Shown here: in pieces, positions 25,482-33,890 of the stretch
Layout of the letters: each line of letters starts with the position of its first letter
How positions within the stretch are numbered: the stretch's first letter is position 1
NCBI GenBank assembly: GCA_022839105.1
Contig: JALHDH010000009.1
Coordinates: 4,573 to 68,572, forward strand
Source: a bacterium
Lineage (GTDB): Bacteria > Vulcanimicrobiota > Xenobia > Xenobiales > Xenobiaceae
Length of the DNA: 64,000 nt
Direction: 5' to 3'
Position numbers and translations under genes: made by a program
The notes under the pieces: generated by a model
The model's input: only the letters and a program-made list of their open reading frames with translations
What the model was told of the DNA's origin: nothing
The model's database searches: none

Positions 25482-26909
25482 ATGTCTTCCGAGGACCGAA
25501 CCCGGGCCCGAATCCTGCACCGCCTCTTCCGGGGGCGCAGGGACCTCCACGCCCGCCGCCGGCCCGGGGAGGGCTGGGACGTCGTGCCCGGACCGGCGCC
25601 CCTGGAAGAACTGGAAAGGCATGTTCGGGGAGAACTGGAGGTCGGCCTGTATGGCCAGTCCGGCTCGCCGGAATTCCTGGTCCTCAGGGCCCCGGATGCG
25701 GAGGGGGCCCAGGCTCTGCTCCGAGCCGCCCGGCTCCGGAATATTCCCCTGGCCCCGGCGGGCGACGGCCTGCAACTGTGGATTCCCTTCTCGGCGCCGG
25801 TGCCGCCCCGCGCCGCCCGCGACCTGGCCGACCACCTCCAGGCTGTGGCCGGCCTGAGGCCGGAAGTCTGGGATCCGGACTCCCCCCAGCCCCTTCCTCT
25901 GCCTCCGGATCAGCCGGGGGCCTGGGAGGAGCTCCATGACCTGGAACCCATGCCACCCTGGCGCCCCGTCCGGATCCTGGCGGAAAGGCTGGACCGCGAA
26001 TATGGCCCCCTCCCCTCGTGCCAGGCCGTCCAGGCCCAGGATCCGACCTCGGGGCGTCTCCAGGTGATCCTGGGTTCCCACCTGGAGCTGCGCGGACCCG
26101 TCCCCCGCGCCCTCCAGAGCCTGCTGGAACACACCCGGATGGCCCGGACCCCCCGGGGATGGGCGCGGTGCTGGGGGCCCACGCCCTGGGGCCTGGTCGG
26201 AGCGCCCGGACTCTGGCCCGACCTGGAGCATGCCCTGGCCCGGCTGGGTTGTTCATGGCAACTGGAGGATCGCCGGCTCACCGGCCCGTCCAGCCCGCCC
26301 GGGCGTCAACCGGCCCTGCGCCAGGAGGAGTCCACCTGGCTCTCCGGCATCCTGGAGCAGGATCGCTGTCGGGTGACCTTCCCTCTCCCGGAGACCGCCC
26401 GCAGGGTGGCCCTGGCAGCCATCGCGGCCCGCCCCCGCCCCACCCTTGTGCTGACCTCGCAGGTCCAGACCTGGGTGGAGGAGATCACCCGCGAGCTGGC
26501 CCTCCCCGAGGCGAGGATCGGAATCCTGGATGGCGAGAAGGCCCGACTGGGCTCCCTGGTCACGGTGGCTTCCTGGTCTGCACTGTTCAAACGGGATCTC
26601 TCGGAGCTGGCTTGCCACGTGGGCTGCCTGATCCTGGACCCGGGAGCCGACCTCTCGGGCCCGGCGCTGATCGAGGTGGTCCGCCAGTTTCCGGTGCGTT
26701 GGGTCCTGACCCTGGAGAACCCGGACTGGAGCGCCTCACCGGCCATGCGCCAGGCCTGGCTGGGGGATCGGCTCCGGCCCCAGACGCGAGCATTCCGGCC
26801 CGCTCCCGTCGCCAGCGAGGAGGAGACGCCGCCCTCCCCCGCTCCGAGGCGCAGGCGTTCCCGACGCTCCAGCGACTCCTCCGAGCAGTTGTTCCTCTCC
26901 TTCGAATGA
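25482..26909 (+). CDS. Degenerate primase-polymerase (AEP)-like + truncated SF2 helicase-like protein with catalytic motifs lost; hypothetical
   Basis: The N-terminus RILHRLFRGRRDLHARR...HVRGELEVGLY...FLVL...GDGLQLWIPFSAPVPPRAARDLA follows the pattern LFRGR.DVYA.RW...H..G...VG.YP...FL..DFD...G.GAH.WIFF..PVPA..AR.L of bacterial AEP-helicase fusion proteins. The helicase-like half (PRPTLVLTSQVQTWVEEI...IGILDGEKARLGSLVTVASWSAL...VGCLILDPGADL...VRWVLTLENP) has PLPETARR in place of the Walker A, DPGAD in place of DExH, and no RecA2 domain. Third codon positions are G/C-rich in this frame. Confidence 0.55.
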   Translation: MSSEDRTRARILHRLFRGRRDLHARRRPGEGWDVVPGPAPLEELERHVRGELEVGLYGQSGSPEFLVLRAPDAEGAQALLRAARLRNIPLAPAGDGLQLWIPFSAPVPPRAARDLADHLQAVAGLRPEVWDPDSPQPLPLPPDQPGAWEELHDLEPMPPWRPVRILAERLDREYGPLPSCQAVQAQDPTSGRLQVILGSHLELRGPVPRALQSLLEHTRMARTPRGWARCWGPTPWGLVGAPGLWPDLEHALARLGCSWQLEDRRLTGPSSPPGRQPALRQEESTWLSGILEQDRCRVTFPLPETARRVALAAIAARPRPTLVLTSQVQTWVEEITRELALPEARIGILDGEKARLGSLVTVASWSALFKRDLSELACHVGCLILDPGADLSGPALIEVVRQFPVRWVLTLENPDWSASPAMRQAWLGDRLRPQTRAFRPAPVASEEETPPSPAPRRRRSRRSSDSSEQLFLSFE

Positions 26910-26979
26910 GTCCCGAATCGCCCCGACCAGGGCCCGGCCCCCGAGCCGGTGAAGAATGCGGTTCAAAGGAGCGATGAAG

Positions 26980-27336
26980 ATGCCACGAACCGTATTCTCC
27001 CTCTTCGGCGCCGGTTGGGCCCTGATCCTGATCGGCCTGGGTCTGGCGCTGTTCTACTTCCTGGCCTACGACACCACGGTCCAGGTCCAGGGGCTGGCCT
27101 CGATCGTGGCCGAGATGGTCCAGGGGGATCGGGTCCACAACAACGGGTTCCTGAACAACCGGCTCTGCGGTGTGGTCCTGGGCAGCACCCTGGCCCTCCT
27201 GGGCGGGGTCCTGCTCGTGCTCGGGGGGCTCCACGAGTCCGCCTCCAGTCAGCACCGGGTTGTGGTCCTGCTGACGGTCCTGGCCAACAAGCAGGGAGCC
27301 AACCAGAAGGACCTCGACGACGCCCTGGGGAGGTAG
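26980..27336 (+). CDS. Small two-TM membrane protein, hypothetical
   Basis: AAGGAG lies 8 nt before ATG 26980. TM helices FSLFGAGWALILIGLGLALFYFLAY and LCGVVLGSTLALLGGVLLVLGGL. It sits 70 nt downstream of the AEP/helicase-like gene on the same strand. Confidence 0.5.
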   Translation: MPRTVFSLFGAGWALILIGLGLALFYFLAYDTTVQVQGLASIVAEMVQGDRVHNNGFLNNRLCGVVLGSTLALLGGVLLVLGGLHESASSQHRVVVLLTVLANKQGANQKDLDDALGR

Positions 27337-27344
27337 AAGACCCT

Positions 27345-28460
27345 CTATCCGGCCGGCCGCACCCGGTTGCGCTGGCGATCCTCGAAGCGCTGGAAGGCAA
27401 AGGCCACCAACCGGTCCAGCAACTCGGCGAAGGGCACCCCGCTGGCCTCCCAGAGCCTTCCGAACATGGAGATCGGAGTGAAGCCGGGCATGGTATTCAC
27501 TTCGCTGAGCCAGATCTGCCCCTCGGAGTCCATGAGGAAGTCGACCCGGGCCAACCCGTTCAGGTCCAGGGCCTTCCAGGCCTGGGCGGCCAGGTGCCGG
27601 GCGCGGTCGGTCTCCTCGGCGGTCAGGGGGGCGGGGATCTGGGGTGGGGGATTCTCCCGGGCGAAGTACTTGGTCTGATAATCGTAGAAAGGCCCGCAGT
27701 GGCGGATCTCCCCCACGACCGAGACTTCAGGGACCTCGTTGCCGATCACTCCGATCTCCAGCTCCCGGGGAGATTCCACGGCCCTCTCGACGAGGATCTT
27801 GCGGTCGAACTCCGCGGCATGGTTCAGCGCCCCGAGCAGCTCCTCGGGCGTGCGAGCCCGCCGGATCCCGACGCTGGAGCCCAGGTTGGCAGGCTTGACG
27901 AAACAGGGCAATCCCGGGTTTTCCAGGCATTCGGCCAGCACCGACTCCGGCTCGAGGTCCAGGCGATGGCGCAGGACCACCCGATCCGGCAGGACAGGCA
28001 GGCCCGCGGCCCGCAACAACCCCTTCATGAGGGCTTTGTCCATCCCCACGGCGGACCCGGAGACCCCGGCCCCCACGTAGGGCAGACCTGCCATCTCCAG
28101 CAGGCCCTGGATGGTGCCATCCTCGCCGTAGGTCCCGTGAAGGATCGGAAAGACCACGTCCAGCCCGACGAATTCGGGCGCCGTCCCATCCGCCCCCTCG
28201 CCGATGGAGACCAGGGTCCGCTCGCCCGCCCCGGGACACAGGCCCAGCGCTCCGCGCAGCCCCTCGGCACGACCGGCCTCCAGGGCGGCCCGGGCTGAGC
28301 CCGGTGAGAGCCAGCGCCCCTCGCGGGTGATGGCCAGGGGAATGACCTGGTAGCGCCGAGGGTCGAGCCCGGCCACGATGGAACGCGCCGAAAGGACGCT
28401 GATCTCGTGTTCAGCCGAACGGCCACCGAAGAGGACACCGAGACGGATCTTGCTGTTCAT
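27345..28460 (-). CDS. ddl: D-alanine--D-alanine ligase
   Basis: RLGVLFGGRSAEHEISVLSA, FPILHGTYGEDGTIQGLLE, GMDKALMK, and the ATP-grasp C-terminal EVNTMPGFT. ATG at 28460. Confidence 0.95.
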   Translation of the reverse strand: MNSKIRLGVLFGGRSAEHEISVLSARSIVAGLDPRRYQVIPLAITREGRWLSPGSARAALEAGRAEGLRGALGLCPGAGERTLVSIGEGADGTAPEFVGLDVVFPILHGTYGEDGTIQGLLEMAGLPYVGAGVSGSAVGMDKALMKGLLRAAGLPVLPDRVVLRHRLDLEPESVLAECLENPGLPCFVKPANLGSSVGIRRARTPEELLGALNHAAEFDRKILVERAVESPRELEIGVIGNEVPEVSVVGEIRHCGPFYDYQTKYFARENPPPQIPAPLTAEETDRARHLAAQAWKALDLNGLARVDFLMDSEGQIWLSEVNTMPGFTPISMFGRLWEASGVPFAELLDRLVAFAFQRFEDRQRNRVRPAG

Positions 28461-28569
28461 GGCCGGAGCATTCGCAACCAGTCCCGGGGAGCCTGCCCGT
28501 TCGCCCACACAGGAGCCGGCGCGCTCCCCGCGAAGCCCCGGGCCGATCCCGACCCCTGGAGGCCTGCCC

Positions 28570-30228
28570 ATGTCCCGACCGATCCTGGTGGCCGTCGCCT
28601 GGCCCTACGCCAATGGCCCTCTGCACCTGGGGCACGTGGCCGGCTGTTACCTGCCGGCCGATGAATTCGCCCGCTACCACCGCATGAAGGGCGACCGGGT
28701 CCTGATGGTCTCGGGAACCGACCAGCACGGCACGCCCATCACGGTGCGAGCCCAGGCCGAAGGGATCACCCCCGTGGAGGTGGCCGAGCGCTACCACCGA
28801 TTGATCGTCGACTCCTTCGACCGACTGGGGATCCGCTGGGAGTTGTTCACCAGCACCCACACCGAGAACCATCGGCAGGTGGTCCAGGACCTCTTCCTGG
28901 ACCTGTACCGCAAGGGGTTCATCGTCACCCAGACCCAGGAGCAGCTCTACTGCCCCCAGGAGGAGCGTTTCCTGCCCGACCGCTACGTCGAGGGGCGCTG
29001 CCCCCACTGCGGACACGAGAAGGCTCGAGGCGACCAGTGCGAGGCCTGCGGGCGGACCCTGGACCCCGAGGACCTGGGCGAGCCCCGCTGCAAGACCTGC
29101 GGCACCTCGCCGGTTCCCCGCCAGACCGAGCACTTCTTCTTCCGCTGGTCGGCCTTCAACGATCGCCTGGTGGAGTGGCTGGCCGACAAGCCCCACTGGC
29201 GCTCCAACGTGGTGAACTTCTCGCGCCGCTACCTGCAGGAAGGGCTGCGGGATTCCGCCATCTCGAGGGATATCGACTGGGGCATCCCCGTCCCCGTCGA
29301 AGGCTATGAGGGCAAGCGCATCTACGTCTGGTGGGAGGCCGTGATCGGCTATCTCTCGGCCAGCATCGAGTGGGCCAGCCTCCAGGGCCGGCCCGAGGCC
29401 TGGAAGGACTGGTGGGAGGACCCCGAGGCCCGCACCTTCTACTTCATCGGCAAGGACAACATCCCGTTCCACTCGATCCGCTGGCCGGCGGTCTTGATGG
29501 GTCGTGGCGGCTTGAACCTGCCCTTCGACGTGCCGGCCAACGAGTTCCTGAACCTGGAGGGTCGCAAGTTCTCGACCTCCGAGAACTGGGCCGTGTGGAC
29601 CAACGACTTCCTGGATCGCTACGACCCGGATCCGCTGCGCTACATCCTGACCGCCGCCGCTCCGGAGGGGTCCGACACCGACTTCTCCTGGAGCGAGTTC
29701 CACCGGCGCAACAACGACGAGCTGGTGGGCTGGTGGGGCAACCTGGTCCACCGCAGCATGACCTTCACGGCCAGACACTTCGAAGGGCGGATCCCGGTCG
29801 CCCACCAGGCCCCCGAGGATCAGGCCATCCTGGATCAAGCCCGGCAGGCCTTCGAGAAGATCGGCGGCCTCCTGGAGGCCTGCCAGTTCAAGTCGGCCCT
29901 GGCCGAGGCCATGGAACTGGCCCGGGAAGGGAACCGCTACTTCGACAACCAGGCCCCCTGGAAGCTGGTCAAGACCGACAAGGACCGGGCGGGAACGGTC
30001 ATGGCCACCATGGTGCGCCTGATCGCCGCCCTGCGGGTGCTGCTGACGCCGTTCCTGCCCAACAGCAGCCGCGTCCTGCACTCCGTGCTGGGACTCTCCG
30101 GCGACCCCGAGGCAGGCCCCTGGGCCATGCCGGAACTCCCTGAAGGGCACGTTCTGGGCGAGCCCCGCCCCCTCTTCAAGAAGCTCGACGAGAGCCTGGT
30201 CGAAGAGGAGCGGGCCCGCCTGGGTTGA
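28570..30228 (+). CDS. metG: Methionine--tRNA ligase
   Basis: PYANGPLHLGH (HIGH), zinc knuckles CPHCG/CEACG and CKTCG, and a KFSTS (KMSKS-type) motif. ATG at 28570 with a GGAGG RBS. Confidence 0.95.
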   Translation: MSRPILVAVAWPYANGPLHLGHVAGCYLPADEFARYHRMKGDRVLMVSGTDQHGTPITVRAQAEGITPVEVAERYHRLIVDSFDRLGIRWELFTSTHTENHRQVVQDLFLDLYRKGFIVTQTQEQLYCPQEERFLPDRYVEGRCPHCGHEKARGDQCEACGRTLDPEDLGEPRCKTCGTSPVPRQTEHFFFRWSAFNDRLVEWLADKPHWRSNVVNFSRRYLQEGLRDSAISRDIDWGIPVPVEGYEGKRIYVWWEAVIGYLSASIEWASLQGRPEAWKDWWEDPEARTFYFIGKDNIPFHSIRWPAVLMGRGGLNLPFDVPANEFLNLEGRKFSTSENWAVWTNDFLDRYDPDPLRYILTAAAPEGSDTDFSWSEFHRRNNDELVGWWGNLVHRSMTFTARHFEGRIPVAHQAPEDQAILDQARQAFEKIGGLLEACQFKSALAEAMELAREGNRYFDNQAPWKLVKTDKDRAGTVMATMVRLIAALRVLLTPFLPNSSRVLHSVLGLSGDPEAGPWAMPELPEGHVLGEPRPLFKKLDESLVEEERARLG

Positions 30229-30244
30229 GCCACCCCGGGGGGGG

Positions 30245-31291
30245 CTACTTCTTCAGGGTCTCGATGTCGATCACGAAGCGATAACGCACGTCTGAAGCCA
30301 GCACCCGCTCGAAGGCCTGGTTGATCTCCCCTGCGGGGATGAGTTCGATCTGCGGAGCGATCCCGTGCCCGGCGCAGAAGTCCAGGACCTCCTGGGTCTC
30401 GCGGATGCCGCCGATCAGGGAGCCTGCAAAGGAGCGGCGCTTCATCAGCAAGGAGAAGACCTGGACGGCCAGGGGTTCGGACGGAGCCCCGACGTTCACC
30501 ATCGTGCCGTCCACGGCCAGAAGCGAGAGATACGCGTTCAGGTCGAGCCTGGCGCTGACGGTGTTCAGGATCAGGTCGAAGGTGTTCGCCAGCTTCTTGA
30601 AGGTCTCGGGATCGCTGGTCGCGTGGTAGTGGTCCGCGCCGAGGCGCAGGCCATCCTCCAACTTGCTCAGGGTCTGCGAGAGGACCGTCACCTCGGCGCC
30701 CATGGCGTGCGCCAACTGCACGGCCATGTGGCCCAGCCCCCCCATGCCGACGATGGCAACCTTCTTGCCCGGGCCCGCGCCCCAACGACGCAGGGGCGAA
30801 TAGGTGGTGATCCCGGCGCACAGGATCGGGGCGGCCACCGAGAGGTCCAGGGCCTCCGGGATCCGGACCGCGAAGTCTTCAGGCACCACCAGGTGGGTGG
30901 AATAGCCCCCGTGCGTCAAATCGCCGTGGCGATCCACGCTGCCGTAGGTCATGGTGGCGCCCTGATGGCAGTACTGCTCTTCTCCCTTATGGCAGGAGGG
31001 ACACGTGCGACAGGAGTCGACCATGCACCCCACGCCGACCCGGTCGCCGACGGCGTGGCGGGTCACCTCGGAGCCGACCGCGGCGACGATCCCGGCGATC
31101 TCGTGCCCCGGCGCCACAGGGTAGGTCACCTGCCCCCAGTCCCCACGGACATGATGGATGTCGGAATGGCAGATCCCGCAGTACTTGATGTCGATCAGGA
31201 TGTCCCGAGGTCCGATCTCGCGACGTGAGAGGGTGAGCGGCCCGAGCGGTTCGGTAGCCGAGAAGGCGGCGTAGGCGTGGACGTCGTGCAT
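30245..31291 (-). CDS. Zinc-dependent NAD(P) alcohol dehydrogenase (cinnamyl-ADH / YahK-like)
   Basis: CGICHSD, GHEIAG, the structural-zinc Cys cluster [15 protein letters not shown], and [11 protein letters not shown]. Confidence 0.9.
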   Translation of the reverse strand: MHDVHAYAAFSATEPLGPLTLSRREIGPRDILIDIKYCGICHSDIHHVRGDWGQVTYPVAPGHEIAGIVAAVGSEVTRHAVGDRVGVGCMVDSCRTCPSCHKGEEQYCHQGATMTYGSVDRHGDLTHGGYSTHLVVPEDFAVRIPEALDLSVAAPILCAGITTYSPLRRWGAGPGKKVAIVGMGGLGHMAVQLAHAMGAEVTVLSQTLSKLEDGLRLGADHYHATSDPETFKKLANTFDLILNTVSARLDLNAYLSLLAVDGTMVNVGAPSEPLAVQVFSLLMKRRSFAGSLIGGIRETQEVLDFCAGHGIAPQIELIPAGEINQAFERVLASDVRYRFVIDIETLKK

Positions 31292-31404
31292 GGTTCCTCC
31301 AGGTCAAGGTGGCCTCGGGGGGCTCAGGGCTCCTGCTCCCGGGCAGGGCATGGTTCGGCCTGGAGTCCGCCTTCCTGCTGCTCCGCCCGGCGGTCCGGCA
31401 TGAA

Positions 31405-31434
31405 AGAAGGCCCCCCCGCGAGGGTGGGCCTTCT
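31405..31434 (-). terminator. Hairpin downstream of the 31458..32723 gene
   Basis: On the minus strand: AGAAGGCCC-(12 nt)-GGGCCTTCT followed by TTCAT. It starts about 25 nt after the stop codon. Confidence 0.4.
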
Positions 31435-31457
31435 CGAACGAACCAGTGCGCGATGGA

Positions 31458-32723
31458 CTAGCCGGCAGCCTGGCTGGCCGCCACCTGCTGTTCGAACATC
31501 ATCTGCTGGACCCGCGGGTCGGAGAGCAGGGCGGTCTGGAGCTCGACCAGCTCGCTGTAGATGGGGCCGGCCGAAGGATGGGTCTTCAGGCCGTCCTCCA
31601 CCTTGAGGTATTCGACAGCCTCGGCCCCTTCGGGGTTCTGGATGGCTGCGGGCATCAGCTCCTGCATCTGCTGCAGGGTTCCGGCGATGCTGGGGTCGGC
31701 CATCAACCGGGCCTGCAGATCCTGGACCCGGGCGCTGATCTGCTGGATCTGCTCGTCGGAAAGGCTGGGAGGAGCCTGGGCCTCCGCGGCTGCAGGAGCC
31801 TGCTGCGGGGTCGCGGCGGTGGCGGGCATCGCAGCGGGAGCCGGGGTCGAGGCCTCCTTGGCCGCCTGGACCTCCGGCGAACTCGAGGCGACCACCTGCG
31901 GCTTCTGCGGGGTGCCCGAGCCGGCCTCGTTGGCGGCCGGCTTGTCCTTGGTGAAGATGTTCTTGAACTTCTCGGCGATCTTGCCACCGATGGCCTTGAG
32001 GGCCCCGCGCATCCCGAAGACCATCGAACCCAGGCCCAGGGCCACCGCGCCCACCGCCACGACGGCAGGAGCACCCAGGGCGGCGGCGATCATCGCCCCG
32101 CTGGAGACGATGCTGATGCCGCTCATGATCGCCTTGTCCCGGGCCCCCTTGACGATCTCGTCGATGGGGACATCGCGAACGCCCGCGACCATCTTGCCCT
32201 CTTCGTTGCGGACCGGCACCTGCATGGGAATGCTCTCGGTGCCCTTGGCCTTCAGGCCCTCATAGAAGTGCTTGGCGTCGAGGGCTTCCTTCAACTGGTC
32301 GGCCCCCGTCAAGAGGCCCACGGCCCCGCCGATCCCGGCCAGTTGACCGGCCATGGCCGCCGGGATCCCCCAGGAGCCCCAACCCGCCAGGCTGTAGACG
32401 CCGATGCCACCGGCCATCTGGCCCAGGGAGCTGGCCACGCTCTTGCCGCGGGCCACCTTCAGTCCGGCCGGAGAGTCGCCCACCTTGGGGACCATGCCCT
32501 GGGGCAGGGTCTCCTCCTGGACCTGGGCGACCAGTTTCTGGACCTCGGCCTGGTTGGTGATGATCGCGTCATGGGGAAGCAACTGGACCTGGAAATCGTC
32601 GATGGGCATCCGGCCCGTCTTGGGATCCACCACCAGCATGTCCCCGGGGACCTGCAACGGAACGTTGACCTCGGTCATCCCCTTGGTCTGGGATGAAACG
32701 GACGGGTTGCTCTGGATGTTCAT
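31458..32723 (-). CDS. Orphan Gly/Ala-zipper protein, paralogue of 7647..8744, with a helical Gln-rich C-terminal domain
   Basis: ATG at 32723 with a GAGGAG RBS. N-terminus MNIQSNPSVSS... resembles MNPITPNPTPA... of the paralogue. Shared module: GIGVYSLAGWGSWG...AAALGAPAVVAVGAVALGLG versus QVYALAGGLAGLPGW...AAPALGAPALVGAVAGG. It also has a Pro/Ala/Gln linker and no signal peptide. Confidence 0.65.
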   Translation of the reverse strand: MNIQSNPSVSSQTKGMTEVNVPLQVPGDMLVVDPKTGRMPIDDFQVQLLPHDAIITNQAEVQKLVAQVQEETLPQGMVPKVGDSPAGLKVARGKSVASSLGQMAGGIGVYSLAGWGSWGIPAAMAGQLAGIGGAVGLLTGADQLKEALDAKHFYEGLKAKGTESIPMQVPVRNEEGKMVAGVRDVPIDEIVKGARDKAIMSGISIVSSGAMIAAALGAPAVVAVGAVALGLGSMVFGMRGALKAIGGKIAEKFKNIFTKDKPAANEAGSGTPQKPQVVASSSPEVQAAKEASTPAPAAMPATAATPQQAPAAAEAQAPPSLSDEQIQQISARVQDLQARLMADPSIAGTLQQMQELMPAAIQNPEGAEAVEYLKVEDGLKTHPSAGPIYSELVELQTALLSDPRVQQMMFEQQVAASQAAG

Positions 32724-32889
32724 CGGTCAACTCCTCGGATGGAATCCCCTGGACGGCGCCCCCCCGAAAGGAGCCACCACCGCAGCGTGGTATACGACAA
32801 GACTATACTAGTTCGGGCCACGGCCGGCAGCAACGGCAAGATGTTGCTGACATGCAAAAAAACAGGCCGTCCCCCCCACTGGAGGCTCA

Positions 32890-33189
32890 GTGACCGTTCC
32901 TGAAATGACCGGACAGACCGCCGAGAAACGCCTCGAGGAGGCGGGCGAGGAACTGGGCCGCGCGCTGGCCGCCCTCCCCCCCGAGGTCAAGACGATGGTG
33001 CGCGAGCTCAAACAGAACGTCGAGCGGGAATTCGAAGAGCAGCGCAAGCAGGGCAACTACATGGACCGCTCGGTCTTCTTCGCCGCCGCCCTGATCGGAC
33101 ATGAGGAGATCCGCGACGAGAACCTGATCCGCGCCGCCGCCAACTACGTGGACGCCGACCACGCCTTCATGAAGGCCCAGCAGGCCTGA
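32890..33189 (+). CDS. Small (99 aa) acidic helical protein, hypothetical
   Basis: GTG at 32890 lies 4 nt after GGAGG (alternative ATG 32905). Protein-like charged composition. It diverges from the Gly-zipper paralogue. Confidence 0.5.
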   Translation: MTVPEMTGQTAEKRLEEAGEELGRALAALPPEVKTMVRELKQNVEREFEEQRKQGNYMDRSVFFAAALIGHEEIRDENLIRAAANYVDADHAFMKAQQA

Positions 33190-33208
33190 GTCCGGGCGGG
33201 TCCTGGGC

Positions 33209-33886
33209 CTACTCGTCCGCCTCGCGCAGTCGAGCCGCCAGGCCCGGCAGGACCCAGACCCGAAGCACGGACTCTCCGATGCCGACGCGGGTTCCGGACT
33301 TCACGGGCGTGGGTTCGGTGACCTGGCGTCGGCCCAGGCGGGTGCCGTTGTGGCTCTGCAGGTCCTCCAGGACCACCTTGCCCTCCTCGGTCACGTGCAG
33401 CCGCAGATGCTGGCGCGACAGGCCCGGGTCCACCAGGCGGAGATCCGCCTCCGGTCCCCGGCCGATCACGACGCCTTCGCAGGAGATGCCCCAGAGGCCC
33501 CCTCCGGCGGGGCCTTCAACCCCTTCGACCATGCCCAGGGCCGGAATTCCCCGGCCATCGGTCCAGCGGACCTCGACATCCTCCAGGCCGGCCTCCGGGC
33601 CGACGGTCCGGACCTCGAAAGGCCCCAGGGTCCGGAATCCCCTCTGCTGCATCTCGGTCGAGACCAGACGCAGCACCTCTTCCGAGAACCCCTCAGGAAC
33701 CCCCTCCAGATCCGGGAAGGGCACCATGACCAGGTTCGGAACCAGTGTCATGTTGCCACAACGCCGACGGCTGTCCAGAAGGGTCCGCACCGCGGCCCGC
33801 GAGGCCTCCAGGGCGTGCATCTGCACTCCCGTTCCTCCTTCGAGTCGCTCTTCAAGAAGCCGTTCCAGACTTCGCAGCCAACCCAT
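33209..33886 (-). CDS. FhaA-like protein: DUF3662-type N-terminal domain + C-terminal FHA domain
   Basis: N-terminus MGWLRSLERLLEERLEG...TLVPNLVMV.. resembles FhaA. The C-terminal FHA has VVIGRGPEADLRLVDPGLSRQHLRL....VLEDLQSHNGTRL. ATG at 33886 with a GGGAGG RBS, 5 nt after the rlmN stop. Confidence 0.8.
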   Translation of the reverse strand: MGWLRSLERLLEERLEGGTGVQMHALEASRAAVRTLLDSRRRCGNMTLVPNLVMVPFPDLEGVPEGFSEEVLRLVSTEMQQRGFRTLGPFEVRTVGPEAGLEDVEVRWTDGRGIPALGMVEGVEGPAGGGLWGISCEGVVIGRGPEADLRLVDPGLSRQHLRLHVTEEGKVVLEDLQSHNGTRLGRRQVTEPTPVKSGTRVGIGESVLRVWVLPGLAARLREADE

Positions 33887-33890
33887 GGCA

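Noticed and set aside
28461-28569. T-box or other leader upstream of metG
   Set aside because: Only 109 nt lie between the divergent ddl and metG starts. That is too short for a T-box, and I saw no specifier or terminator architecture.
20968-30150. Other long shadow ORFs: 20968..22713 (-), 23363..25939 (+), 28411..30150 (-)
   Set aside because: Each lies opposite a gene with unmistakable motifs (catalase, the CoADR fusion, metG) and shows no family signature of its own.
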